A stretch of 64,000 bases of DNA from Centroscyllium fabricii (Eukaryota): the NCBI GenBank assembly GCA_051313645.2, contig JBNRSN020000018.1:113212001-113276000 (forward strand), given 5' to 3'. The notes under the pieces were generated by a model. The model was given only the letters and a program-made list of their open reading frames with translations. It had not been told where the DNA came from and ran no database searches. Below are positions 50,842 through 63,638 of the stretch, one piece after another (the stretch's first letter is position 1; each line of letters starts with the position of its first letter). The position numbers and the translations under genes are program-made.

Positions 50842-52260
50842 CTATCATATTATGATCGCTCCGCCCCAAGGGGCCTCGCACAACAAGATTGCTAATTAAT
50901 TCTCTCTCCTTACATAATACCCAGTCTAAGATGGCCTGATCTCGAGTTGGTTCCTCGACATATTGGTCCTGGAAACCATCCCATATACACTCCATGAATT
51001 CCTCCTCCACAGTATTGTTACTAATTTGGTTAGCCCAATCTATATGTAGATTAAAGTCACTCATGATAACTGCTGTGCCCTTATTGCACACATCTCTAAT
51101 TTCCTGTTTAATGCCATCCCCAACCTCTGCATTACTGTTTGGGGGTCTGTATACAACTCCCACTAACGTTTTCTGCCCCTTGGTATTTCTCAGCTCTACC
51201 CATACAGATTCCACATCATCAGAGCTAATATCCTTCCTTATTATTGTGTTAATCTCCTCTTTAACCAGCAATGCTACCCGACCTCCTTTTCCTTTTTGCC
51301 TGTCCTTCCTGAATATTGAATACCCCAGATAATGAATTCCCAGCCTTGGTCACCCTGGAGCCATATCTCTATAATCCCAATTATATCATATTCGTTTACA
51401 TCTGTTTTTGCAGCTAATTTATCCACCTTATTATGAATGCTCCTCACATTAAGACACAACGCCTTCAGGCTTGTTTTTTTTTTTTTTTTTTTAAACACTC
51501 TTAGACCGTAGAATTATTGTTTACTGCAGCCATATTTGATTTCACCCTTGATTTCTCAGACTTCCATTTTTGCTTTTCTCCTTCTGGTCTTTTGTTTCTA
51601 TCCTTGCTTCCCTTTCCTCTGTCTCCCTGCACAGGTACCCAACCCCTTGCCATTTTAGTTTAAACCCTCCCCAACAGCACAAGCAAAAACTCCCCCTAGG
51701 ACATTGGTCCCAGTCCTGCCCAGGTGCAAACCGTGCAGTTTGTACTGGTCCCATCTCCCCCAGAACTGGTTCCAATGTCCCAGGAATTTGAATCCCTCCC
51801 CCTTGCACCATTCCTCTAGCCATGTATTCATCTGAAATATCCCTCTATTTCTACTCTGACTAGCATGTGGCACTGGTACCAATCCTGAGGTTACTACCTT
51901 TGAGGTCCTGTGTTTTTAATTTACCTCCCAACTCCCTATATTCAGCTTTTAGGACCTTATCCCTTTTTTTCCACCTATATCGTTGTTACCTATATGCACG
52001 ACAACTGGTTGTTCACCCTCCCCCTCCAGAATGCCCTGCAGCCGCTCCGAGACATCTTTGACCCTTGCACCAGGGAGGCAACATACCATCCTGGAGTCTC
52101 GTTTGCGGCCGCAGAAATGCCTATCGATTCCCCTTACAATAGAATCCCCTATCACTATAGCTCTCCTGCTCTTTTTCCTCCTGTCCCATGCAGCAGAACC
52201 ACCCATGGTGCCAGGAAGTTAGTTGCTGCTGCCCGATAAGCCATCCTCCAAAGCGGTATA
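50842..52260 (-). mobile_element. CR1 LINE 5' part: ORF1 SGNH-esterase and ORF2 endonuclease remnants
   Basis: AIVIGDSIVRG..CCLPGARV..VVHIGNND; VESVWVEL..GVVYRPPN..DFN..EPTRDQAILD..SDH, cut off by the gypsy 3' LTR. Confidence 0.9.
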
Positions 52261-52262
52261 TT

Positions 52263-52745
52263 AGAGACCGAATCCAGGGACACTGGCACCCAGAGACCGA
52301 ATCCAGGGACACTGGCACCCAGAGACCGAATCCAGGGACACTGGCACCCGGAGACCGAATCCAGGGACACTGGCACCCGGAGACCGAATCCAGGGACACT
52401 GGCACCCGGAGACCGAATCCAGGGACACTGGCACCCGGAGACCGAATCCAGGGACACTGGCACCCAGAGACCGAATCCAGGGACACTGGCACCCAGAGAC
52501 CGAATCCAGGGACACTGGCACCCAGAGACCGAATCCAGGGACACTGGCACCCAGAGACCGAATCCAGGGACACTGGCACCCAGAGACCGAATCCAGGGAC
52601 ACTGGCACCCAGAGACCGAATCCAGGGACACTGGCACCCAGAGACCAAATCCAGGGACACTGGCACCCAGAGACCGAATCCAGGGACACTGGCACCCAGA
52701 GACCGAATCCAGGGACACTGGCACCCAGAGACAGAGTCCAGGGCA
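52263..52745. repeat. 29-bp minisatellite, ~16.5 near-identical copies
   Basis: Unit GAGACCGAATCCAGGGACACTGGCACCC(A/G). Confidence 0.95.
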
Positions 52746-53439
52746 CGACAAAACCGCTTGCCCGCTCGATGACGAGGCCACGGGCACGGGTGGGTGGACC
52801 CCGCCCTGGAGGCAGGTGCGGAATGGCCAGGAGGGCCGGGCGGTGCGGCGGGGATTGGAGGCGGCGGCGTGTCAGTCAGGGGACGGGGCAGCAGTCGGGT
52901 TAGGTGGAGCAGGCTGGTGGCGCGCGGCAAGAGTGGGACGGTGCTGTCAACCCGCTGAGGGCGAGAGAAAAAACTGGAGCGGCTGCTGGACGAAGGTAGG
53001 CGGGGGGAGAGAGAGTGAGGGAACCCGCGGCCTGCGGAGGCTTCACAAAGTTTGGTAAATGAGGGAAGAATGTTCAGAGTAGACACACCCTGGCAGAGAG
53101 GGGCAATGCAACTAAAGGCACAATCACAATCTATGGCTTTATATTGAAGCATTTTAATAAAAATGTAAAATCTTTATTTCTTTTTAAAAAATTCAGATAA
53201 GTTAAATGTGTGATGGGGCAAGTGTTTTAGAAAAAAAAAATTTGTAGCACCCTGCCATCTAAGTACTGGATGCTCAAATTTGGTTGGTGAAACCATCTTG
53301 CACCATGTCCAGATTACATTAACATTTACACTACTAACCACCAATTCGAATACATATAAACCACAGTGAATGAGTTAGTCTCTTCTTGCTACAGTCAGGC
53401 CATGAAATAATCTTGGTCAACACACTTAGGATACTAAAT

Positions 53440-54325
53440 CAAAATACTGCTGAAAATTTGAAATAAAAACAGAACATGCTGGAACTACTCAGGTTAGGCA
53501 GCATCTGTGGAGAAAGTCAACATTTCAGGTCAATGATCATTCATCAGAACTGGAAAATGTTGCAACAGGTTTTAAGCATGTCCAGAGGCGGGAAGGGGGC
53601 GATGGGGAAGGGAGGGGAGGAAAGAACGAAAGAGAAGACAGGAGAGATTAAATGACAAAAAGGGATGATGGTGCAAGGCAAAAGGGAATGGTAATGGAAC
53701 AAGAAACAAGAGATGGATCTAGGTGTAAATGGCAATTACAGAATCACTACCAACAGCTGCAGTCTGGAGGAAAAAATGGGAGTGGTGGTCATGATCTGAA
53801 ATTGTTGAACTCAATGCGGAGTCTGGAAGGCTGTAAAATGCCTCATCAAAAGAGGTGCTGTTCAGAGCTTCTGTCGAGCGTCATAGAACAGTGTAGGAGG
53901 CCAAGGACAGAGACAGCATCGAGTCAAGTGGAGAATTAAAATGACAGGCGACCCGAAGCTCAGGGTCATGTTTGTGGACTGAATGGAGCAATGCGATCAG
54001 TGCGTTTAGTCTCCCCACGGTAGAGGGGACCGCATCGTGAGCAGTGAATACAGTATACTAAATTGAAAGTACAAGTCAATTGCTGTTTCACCTGGAAGGA
54101 GTGTGAGGCCCTGGACAGTGGGAAAAGGTCAGTTGTTGCATCTCCTGCAGTTCCATGGGAAGGTGCTGTGGGAAGGGGAGGGGGTGGTGCTGTGGGGGAG
54201 CGATTGAAGAGTGGACCAGGGGGTCATAGAGGGAACTGTCCCTTTGGAATGCTGAAGGGGGGGGGGGGGGGGGAACGATATGTTTGGTGGTACAATCACG
54301 CCGGAGGCGGCGGAAGATAATCCGT
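53440..54325 (-). mobile_element. Decayed Penelope element 3' end with a GIY-YIG endonuclease remnant
   Basis: Minus strand ~54000-54100 reads FQVKQQLTCTFNLVYCIHCSRCGPLYRGETKR. Family B terminus at ~53440-53550. Confidence 0.8.
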
Positions 54326-55597
54326 TGTATGTGGAATGGAAGATGAGGAAAGGGGTAAAAGATAGTATTAGGATGCTATTAATTGCATGAGTACATAGAA
54401 TTGAAGAATAGTACAGCACAGAACTAGGCTATTCGGCCCATTGAGTTGTTCCAGCAAGATGTCTGAAAGAGACATCAATGTCAGAATTCCACTAACTTTT
54501 TAATGCTGTCCTATTACAGGGATTCTGGTGACGGGCAGAGCTGGATCAAGTACCTGAGGCGACAAAGTGCACTGCTCACAATTTTCTGTGTGATGGACCA
54601 CCTCATTGCCCTTCAGCTCCTGGGAGGGGAACTTGACAGGATGGCATCTCCACCTGGTGCCCATACCTTCAGAGTCACAGAATATTGAACATTAACTGTT
54701 CAAGTTGGTTAAGTTCATTGTTCTTTGCATCTGAACATTATACAAAATATCTTCAATCAGTTCTGTACCTTGGCCTGCATCTGGGTAACATCTTACTGCC
54801 TACTACAGCCAATCCATGTTCAGTGCTGCTGGTAAAATGTTTCAGAGTTCATTACTGTTACAACGCAATGCCTCCAAGTGATCCAAGTTATTGCTTGATG
54901 AATGATATGTCTTTTACCCGAGTGCAGGTGTACAGATTTCAGATTAGTGCACACCAAGGCACTGAAACACAGCGTTAATAAGAAAGTGAAGCACAAGATC
55001 TAAAAAGGTGTTTCGAGGTCCCTGGGTAGAATGTGATCTCTGCGGCTCATTTTCTATAATAACGGCAAATTCTGTCAGTTAATATCAACTCAGATTACAA
55101 AAGGCAATTCAAGTGCATCACTAACTTCGATTTAATTGTGATAATTAACCAGTAACTGGTGTTAGCAGAAAGAGGTGAGCAGAGTCTGTGACAGGGACAG
55201 AACAAGACATCAGGAGGAAAAGTTAGCAAAATGATAAAGGAATTGAACAGGAAAAGTAGTGAAAACTGTAAATGAGACACCCAAGGAACTTTCAGATTTT
55301 TTTTGCCAAGTGTCCCTTATTTTCAAAATGATCATTGTATGTACAATAAACTGGATGAGCCAATTATCCCAGGATTGGCTGTATTGCCAGCAGAGATCGA
55401 ATGCTCGCTCACCTGAGATTGTGCTCAATTCTGGCGCCCTGCCAGCAGGATGGGGATTCCAGTTCATTGGGTTTCCCAGTTCACTGCCATACCAGGTCCT
55501 TTTCCATTGAGCAAGGGATGCCGTGATCCACTACATTGGCAATCTGGACAATGCAAGGTGGTTAGTGTAGGGACGGAGTGCCTGGGAGATCCCAGCC

Positions 55598-56726
55598 AAA
55601 TTGACATGGATAGAGAACTGGCTGGCAGATAGAAAACAGAGAGTTGGAATAAACGGCTCGTTTTCTGAGTGGCAGGCGGTGACTAGTGGGGTGCCGCAGG
55701 GATCTGTCCTGGACCCCAGCTGTTCACAATATATATTAATGACCTGGACCAGGGAATTGGATGCAACATCTCCAAATTTGCAGATGACACTAAACTAGAG
55801 GGGGGGTGGGCTCTGAAGAGGAGGTCAGGAAGCTCCAGTGCGATTTGGACAAGTTGGGGGAATGGGCGGATACATGGCAAATGCACTATAATGTGGATAA
55901 ATGTGAGGTTATCCACTTTGGGGGCAAAAACAGGAGGGCAGATTATTATTTAAATGGCAATAGATTGGGAGATGGGGAAGTGGAGAGAGACCTGGGTGTT
56001 CTTGTGCACCAGTCACTGAGGGCGAGCATGCAGGTGCAACAGGCGGTTAAGAAGGCAAATGGTATGTTGGCCTTCATATCGAGAGGGTTTGAGTACAGGA
56101 ATACGGATACTGTACTACAGTTGTACAAGGCACTGGTGAGACCACACCTTGAGTATTGTGTACAGTTTTGGTCGCCTCATCTGAGGAAGGATGTTCTTGC
56201 CATGAAAGGAGTGCAGCGGCAATTCACCAGGATGATACCTGGAATGGCAGGAATGACCTACGAAGAGAGAGATTGTGTAGTTTGGGCTTGTACTCGCTGG
56301 AGTTTAGAAGATTGAGAGGGGATCTCATCGAAACATATAAAATTCTGACAGGTCTGGACAGGTTAAATTCAAAAAGAATGTTTCCAATGGCGGGGGAGTC
56401 CAGAACCATAGGCCACAGTCTAAGGATAAGGGGTAAACCATTTAGGACCGATATGAGGAAGAATTTCTTCACCCAGAGAGTGGTGAGCCTGTGGAATTCC
56501 TTGCCACAGAGGGCAGTGGAGGCCAGTTCATTAAATATATTGAAGAGGGAATTGGATATATTTCTTCAGGCTAAAAGGATTAAGGGTTACGGAGAGAAGG
56601 TGGGGACGGGGTACTGAACTGGAAAGATCAGCCATGATCTCAACCAAAGATCAGCCATGATCTCATTAAATGGCGGAGCAGGCTCCCAAAGGCCGAATGG
56701 CCTACTCCTGCTCCTATGTTTCTATG
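55598..56726 (+). mobile_element. 5'-truncated CR1 LINE
   Basis: WIENWLADRKQRVGING..SGVPQGSVL, RPHLEYCVQFWSP, FFTQRVVSLWNSLP and tail. Confidence 0.92.
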
Positions 56727-58208
56727 ATATTGCTGTTTATACTAGGATAGATTAAACTGGTAAGAAAATAGCAAACACTATCCTATGAATTGTGTCCTCA
56801 ATTTCGACAAAGGAACTTGCTGAAAAATTGCAAATGAAGGTAGTGTATATGCATTTTTCATATTTTGGTTCAAATGTCAAGGTCTCCATGAAGTGGTAAG
56901 CTATAGCAATTTGCAGCAATTACATCCGTTTGTCTTATCTGCCAATTTATGATGCCACCCAATATAAAATAGGAGTGGCTTCACAAACTGTAAAGAACAC
57001 AAATCCAACATCTATAAAAATACCAAAGCAGCTCCTTTCCTCCGCCATCCAATCTGCTCTTATCGATTTAAGTGAATAAGTTACAACATGCACAACAGAC
57101 TTACTTAGTGGATTTTGCAAACTTTGGTAGAGTCCTTAACTGGTAATCAGAGCCAGGTAATCAGGAGTAAACACTTATTTGAATATCTCCTTGCAATTTG
57201 AAAAGGAAATAAGTAAAAAGGATAATGCACTTTTGGTTTTCTGAGGAAGTGACCACTAAAAAAAGTGGTATTTTTTTCTTCTTCACTGGAGTTTCCCAGA
57301 TCAGGTAATGCTCTCCTGTGCATTCATGTCACTTAAACTAGTCACCAACAGGTGCACAAAAGCAGCCCAGGGCAATTTAGCCACTCACTCGTTCCCCCTC
57401 CGAGGGTGTGCTTGGTTTCCATTGGATACATTTACACCATCAGTGAGTAACCTCTAGAAAACGGCTACTCTTACCCTTGCTTGCCTTGGGAGCTGAAACA
57501 CATTGTATGACAGTCAAGATTTACATTACTTTTCAGAAAAATTATGCTAGAAATTTTCACTGTCTCCTGTTATCAAAGATCCTAAAAGTTGCAATGAGAG
57601 ATTGAGGCTTTGTCACAAACACTCCTGCAACCTTAATCTTCCAATGTTGAAGAAATCAGCCAGTTTGCAAGTGCAGCATATATTGATTGAGCTTTCTGGA
57701 CAAACACTTTGCTTCTGTTGGATTGATGCATCTAACTCAACTCACCTATGACAAACTATATTAAAAATGATCATGAGGCAGATACAATAATTTTGAAAAA
57801 TGAGCTGTAAAACCCATCCATGACAATGAAGTGAAAATTTCTGTAATTTAATTAACAGCATCATATAATGACAAAGTAACTACTTTTACAGAGCAAGTAA
57901 AAATATTGAATGTTTAAAAAAATTCCAAGATAACTATCAAGTTTTATTTTGGCCTTTGCTTTTGAAGTGTTCAAACATCAGTTTCTAATAGACGTTAAAC
58001 ATAATACACATTGAACCATATATATTGAAATCCTGAGAATTGTCAATTATACAACACTGAAATAAAACAAAAGTCATGTAAACATTGTGCGTGTTTCCAT
58101 CCATGGCAAAGTTGCTGAACTCCTCTTAGTAGTATTTGATTCAAGATCAAAACTAAAATAATTTATTTCACTAACTCGTGGCTCTTTTGGTCGGTCTTCT
58201 GGTGGCTG

Positions 58209-58262
58209 TCAAGCAGATTCCAAATTTACATCAACCCTGCAGATTGGGCAACTTGAATTTCG
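58209..58262 (-). CDS. RING-H2 protein, last coding exon ([17 protein letters not shown])
   Basis: Acceptor ..cctgcAG, phase 0, TGA at 58211-58209. Completes the RING with CPICR. Confidence 0.9.
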   Translation of the reverse strand, partial: [17 protein letters not shown]

Positions 58263-59688
58263 CTGCAGGATAGAAGTTGCAATTAACCATCTCATCACTG
58301 AATTTCTTCATCTATACAATTCACTGTTCCACCAAATATTGGTGCCAATAAGCTGCAGAAAACACACACATTTTAAGGCAATCAGTTTCAATGCCGATAT
58401 TCCTTGCCCGATTTTCTGAATTCAACGCCAGAATCGATCTGTACCAACGTTGAACATGAATGCACATTCATCCCTGGAACCCATTTCCAACAGGAATGGA
58501 AACAATGGCTGTGGGTGCTGCTACTATTGAGCTAGGACAGTAGTGCACTGAGTTACGGATCAGGACCCATGTACACGCATACATCACGTGTTTTAAGTTC
58601 AAAATAAACTCCCGATTTTCTCAAATTACCCAGGCTGTGTTCAATTTTACCCCGCTGATTTTTTTCCAGACTATAAATGAAACCTTAAATCAAATGTTTT
58701 TAAATTGGCAGTAACCGACTAATAATCCTTCTAGATCTGCAAGTATCAATGTAAAACAAATCAAAATGCTCTTTGTAGATACTGTATCCTATAGACTTAG
58801 CATTTATGTTATAGTACAAATGTTTATTCTTCTAGTCACTATTTTGCACTGGATATCCCAGTCTCTACCCAGCCATCAGTAACACAGGAGCAGGAGACCA
58901 TTCAGCCCCGAGCCTGCTCCGTCATTAAAATGGGATCATGGCTGATCTGCCCTAACTCCATATACCCACCTTTGGCCCACATCCCTTAATACCTTTGGTT
59001 AACAAAAAGCCATCAATCTCAGATTTAAAATTAACAAATTGATCTTGCATCAATTGCCGTTTGTGGAAGAGAGTTCCAAACTTCTATCACCCTTTGTGTA
59101 GAAGCGTTTCCTAATTTCACTCCCGAGGGGTCTGGCTTTAATTTTTAGACTGTGCCCCCCTAGTCCTAGAATCCATAATCAGTCGAAACAGTTTCTCTCT
59201 ATCTACCCTACCTATTCCCCTTAATATTTTGAAAACTTCGATCAAATCACCCCTTAACCTTCTAAGTTCTAGGGAATACAACCCTGGTTCGTGCAATCTC
59301 TCCTCATAACTTAACCTTTGAATTCAGAGTACAATTCTGGTAAATCTGCTCTGCACTCCCTCCAAGGCCAATCTATCCTTCCTAAGGTGTGGTGTCGGAA
59401 TTGCTCCCAGTACTCCAGGTGTGGTCTAACCAGGGCTTTGTACAGCTGCAGCATAACCTCTACCCCCGGGTATTCTAGTCCTCTAGATATAAAGGCCAGC
59501 ATCCCATTAACCTTTGATTATTTTCTGTACCTGTTGATAATGATCTATATATCTGGACAACGCCCCACCCCCACAAAGTCTATTTGGACCTCCACAGTTT
59601 TTAGCCTTTCACCATTTTGAAAATACCCTGTTCTTTCCTTTAGGTCCAAAATGGATGACCTCATTATTTGCCTACATTGAAATCTGTT

Positions 59689-59969
59689 CCTGGGACTAGG
59701 GACAGGGTCACTGGCAATGCTTAGATGCTAAGCAGGGCCAGGCCTGGTTAGTACTTGGAAGGGTGACCGCCAGGGAATACCAGGTGCAGAAGGTCACGAA
59801 AGGAGCCCCAGGGAGGGGCGGTTGTCTGAACATTGTCGGAATGATGGAATGGCGGCGCGCACAGACACAGCGGCTTTGCTGGACTCTTGGGAGCTTGCAA
59901 GATCGCATTTCGTTGTTCATGCACTTGTACATTGTATAATGACAATAAAGTTGAATTATTATTATTATT
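59689..59969 (+). mobile_element. 5S rRNA-headed SINE-like element with Rex/Babar-type body and tail
   Basis: 59727-59793 GCTAAGCAGGGCCAGGCCTGGTTAGTACTTGGA..GACCGCCAGGGAATACCAGGTGC resembles the 3' half of 5S rRNA, then ATGGCGGCGCGCACAGACACAGCGGCTTTG and TGACAATAAAGTTGAA(TTA)n. Confidence 0.7.
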
Positions 59970-60110
59970 AGCCACAGTTTTGACCATTCATTTAAATCTG
60001 CTGACATCCCATTGTAATTTGACACTTCCATCTACACTGCCACCCATCTTTGTCAATTGCAAATTTGGATATATGCATTTCTATGCCATCATCTCAGTAG
60101 TTAATAAATA

Positions 60111-60524
60111 CAGGTTGTGCACCATTAATCCGTTACCCGATAAGCTGGCAACTTCAGTCTTCCAGAACAAATTGCCCCGACTGCCCTGCACATGCACAAA
60201 ATGGCCACCGCGATTGATGCTTCAGTTAATGATCTGCGCATGCGCTGCCGAATGATCCCGGACCGGGCCTTCCCGAGCCTCCCCAAGCCAGGCCTCGCCG
60301 AGCCCGGCCTCGCCGGGGCTCCCCGAGCCGGCCTGGGATTTACCGAGCCTGGCCTTACTGAATGACAAGCGCATACGCAGACCACTCAAAATGGCCGCCG
60401 GCCTTTCGTAGTGGCCATTTTGAATGGTCTGCGCTTGCGTTCGCCGAAGCTTCAATCGTTCGGGATTTTCACTTTCCCGGCACGGGCCTGGTCTGCCCGT
60501 GCCGGATTAACGGTGCTCAACCTG
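60111..60524. mobile_element. Tigger-like MITE, subfamily B-related
   Basis: TIRs CAGGTTG(T/A)GCACC, TA TSD, interior partly shared with 29283-29677. Confidence 0.85.
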
Positions 60525-61078
60525 TACTGTGAATAGTTGAGGCCCCAACACAGATCCCGGTGGGACAACACTAGTCACATCCTGCCAATTACGAGAACCT
60601 GCCCATTATCCCTACTCTGTCTCCTGCTGCGCAGCCAATTTTCTAACCGGGTCAATAATTTGCCCTCAATCTGTGGGCTTCTACCTTAGTTAACAGTCGC
60701 TTATGTGGGTCTGATCTAATGCCTTCTGGAAGCCCATATAAATAACATCGAGAGACATTCCCCTGTCCAATACTTCAATCACCTCTTCAAAAAAAAAATT
60801 TCAATCGGGTTATCAGGCATGACCAACCTTTCACAAATCCATGGTGGCTCTAGCTGAACAACTGAAAATTTGCAAGGTGTTCAGTCACCCTATCCTTAAA
60901 TTATAGACTCCAGCAATTTCCTGACAACAGATGTTAGGCTAACTGGTCTATAATTCCCTGGTTTCCATCTCCATTTTAAAAGAGCGCAATTTTCTAATCT
61001 AAAGTAACGGTTCCCGAATCAAAATAAATAAATACTTTAGCAGAACATGTAAAACACATTGCCTTTGCCAATGAATAC

Positions 61079-61178
61079 CTTTAACCAGCGGTCAATACAC
61101 TGACTGTGATAGTCATGAAGGCATGGCAAGATCCTCAACTTTTCGCTTGGCGAGTAGTCATTGAAGCAGATGTGACAC
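61079..61178 (-). CDS. RING-H2 protein exon ([33 protein letters not shown])
   Basis: AG acceptor and GT donor, 100 bp, phase 2 in and 0 out. C-x2-C...C-x-H-x2-H-x2-C RING-H2 ligands. Confidence 0.95.
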
Positions 61179-63233
61179 CTGAGGAGATTAAAATAGAGCC
61201 ACACGAGAGCCAGACAACATGCATTAGTAAAACAATTGCTAATTTAGGAAGAAAAATTGCATTTATATATTCTCACATCTCAGAACACATGCAACTAATT
61301 ACGCTGAAGTAGAATTAATTATTTATGCAGGCAAAAGCAACAGCCATCAACCCAACAGAATATCCCACAAATAAATTAGGTGAACGGCCAATGGAATTGT
61401 TGGACGGTGGAGGAACAATGGACACGACAGAGGGAAACCCCTTAAAATATTGCCATGTAAATGTAAGTTTATTTGATGACCGTAGGATTTGGAAGGGTGT
61501 TCACTGATTTAATAAAGAGAAATACAGCTGCCAATTTGCACACAGCAAGATCCCACAAAGAGATAAATGATCCGAGTGTTTCGATTGAGGGATAAATGTT
61601 GGCCATAACACGGAGAAGTCCCCTGCGTCTCTTCAAATAGTGCCATGGGATCTTTTACGTACACTTGAAAGGGCATCTAAAAGATGGCACCTGACAGTAC
61701 AGAACTCAGTACCAAGTGTCAGCCTAGATTATGTGCTCAAGTCTCTGGAGTGGGGCTTGAAACCATGACCTTCTGTGACTAGTACCATCAACTACACCAT
61801 TGGGATCTTTAACATCCACCCGAGACACTGGAAGAGGCAAATAAGCCCCAAGTTTAACATCTCGTTTGAAGGACAGCATCTTCGTCAGAAGGCATGTGCC
61901 CAGGCTGGGAAAAAGGTGACAGGTCAAAGATGGTGACAGCAGTGGGAGATACTTGGAAGAGTATGGTACAGGGTAAATACATTCCACTAGGAATAAGAGG
62001 GGCATGAAAAATGTTTTTTTTTAAATTAGCAAAGAAAAAGTGCAAAAAGACCAAATATAGAAACATAGAAGATAGGAGGAGGCGGCCATTCGGCCTCTCG
62101 AGCCTGCTCCGCCATTCTCCCCATATCCATTGATACCTTTAGCTCTAAGAACTATATCAAACTCCTTCTTGAATATTTAAAAGTGAAAGACAATTGTTGG
62201 TCAAATGAAAACTGGAAAGATTAATCACAACACAGGTGTGGAACCATTTAGAGACTAAGGAAGCCAGCTTGCATGAAAGTTAGGGAATGGCAAATGTGTT
62301 CGGTAAAAATTTCTGCCTCAGTTTTTAGAGAAAGATAAAAGTGGGATTGTAAGAGAACCTGGAGAGAAAGTCATTATGGGACGATACAAATTCAAGAGAT
62401 TGTTTTTTAAATAGTGTTAATCTGACAAAGTAGAGAAGTTCCAAATGTGACACATCCTACATTAATTAAGGCGGTCAGGAAGGAAACACCAACTATATTT
62501 TTCCAAAAAAATCATCAGAAAGAGGAAGTGCCCCAAAACAACTCAGTGGCTACAAATTTTCAAGCAAGGGGAAAGTATAAACCACAAGATCGTCGTCAAG
62601 TTAGTTTTACTGGTAAATAGGTAAACTTCTAGAATCCATAAAACAAATGAAACGATCAAACACTCAAGGCACAGGCTGATCTGGGACAGTGTGTGGATTT
62701 GTAAAGGGCCAGGTATGCTTGACGAATTTTATTGAATTCTTGGCAAATTAAATGCAACTGTTTATGTATCTAGGCACATTAAGTACAGAATTGGTGAATA
62801 AATTACATAATTTGTTCCTGGATGTGCACCTTCACCTTAGGGAGTCTGAGAGGGCATCAAGAGTCAGCCATTTAACGTGGAACCGGAGTCATGTGCTTAG
62901 CTTAGATTGGTGCTTCTTTCATGGCTGATGCACATCTGCAACGGGTGTGCCTTGTCCAAGCTTCATTTACGGGTGGGTAAATGACTATTTAGTCCCAGTA
63001 ACATCAGTATCAGCATCATTCATTTCATTTCAGGTCTAAAGCCTGAGTGAAAACCAGATACATGCCAGCTGCTGCCATCCACACTTCTCTTCCACCTAGT
63101 TTGTTTCCCATCCAAATTGCAATGTTTGACAACTAATTCACCAAAAATAAATTTAAATTCTCCACCCCCCCCAATTCTATGTGCCAGTATAACCCAGAAG
63201 TTTAAGTAAAAAAAATCCACAGGTTTTACTCAC

Positions 63234-63355
63234 TGGGTCTTTTCTGCAGCATGTTTTGGATCGAATAACTTGGTGGGTAAACAGTTAATGTCAGCATTGC
63301 TGAGTTTTTTCTGTGTTCCAGCTGAACCCTGTCTTTCTTCAAAAGCCAAGAGATC
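63234..63355 (-). CDS. RING-H2 protein exon ([41 protein letters not shown])
   Basis: Polypyrimidine tract plus AG, GTGAGT donor, 122 bp, phases match both neighbours. Confidence 0.92.
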
Positions 63356-63546
63356 CTGGGAAAGAAAAGGCAGTTTTTCCTGAAGGCAGCTATTCAAATT
63401 GGGCAAAAACTGACAGGTTTAAGTATATTTATTCAACCATGCTGGAAGCCCTGTTCTTAGTGTTTCTGATGTAGAGAAATTAACACCAGCATCAATAATT
63501 CTCCAACATTTCACAACAGTTCAATGGACAAAATATATCTACTCAC

Positions 63547-63638
63547 CTCATAGTCATTACCATCATTTGCCCCTTCATGTAAATATATGGAGGTAGCCCG
63601 GTGCCGGCTGTGTCTTCTGGTTCTCTGACCTCTTCTGC
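63547..63638 (-). CDS. RING-H2 protein exon ([30 protein letters not shown]); gene continues beyond the window
   Basis: TTTAG acceptor, GTGAGT donor, 92 bp. Joins in frame to give [14 protein letters not shown]. Confidence 0.88.

Larger units (their letters stand above)
58880..61010 (-). mobile_element. Decayed CR1 LINE in the RING gene's last intron, with two nested elements
   Basis: MLAFISRGLEY..RPHLEY motifs and a CR1 tail near 58880. Confidence 0.8.

Noticed and set aside
52263-52745. CRISPR-like array (29-38 bp repeats here, at 16.9 kb and at 33.6 kb)
   Set aside because: Head-to-tail units without unique spacers, no cas genes, eukaryotic context.
54520-54688. Possible + strand terminal exon after TTACAG (DSGDGQSWIKYL..)
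   Set aside because: No recognisable homology and no upstream partner exon. It needs RNA-seq.
11317-57000. miRNA-host interpretation of the orphan promoter
   Set aside because: By eye I found no mature sequence of the common conserved miRNAs I checked. An Rfam/miRBase scan is needed to exclude it.
59727-59793. Functional 5S rRNA gene
   Set aside because: Only the 3' half, diverged, without an oligo-T terminator, and embedded in a retroelement.
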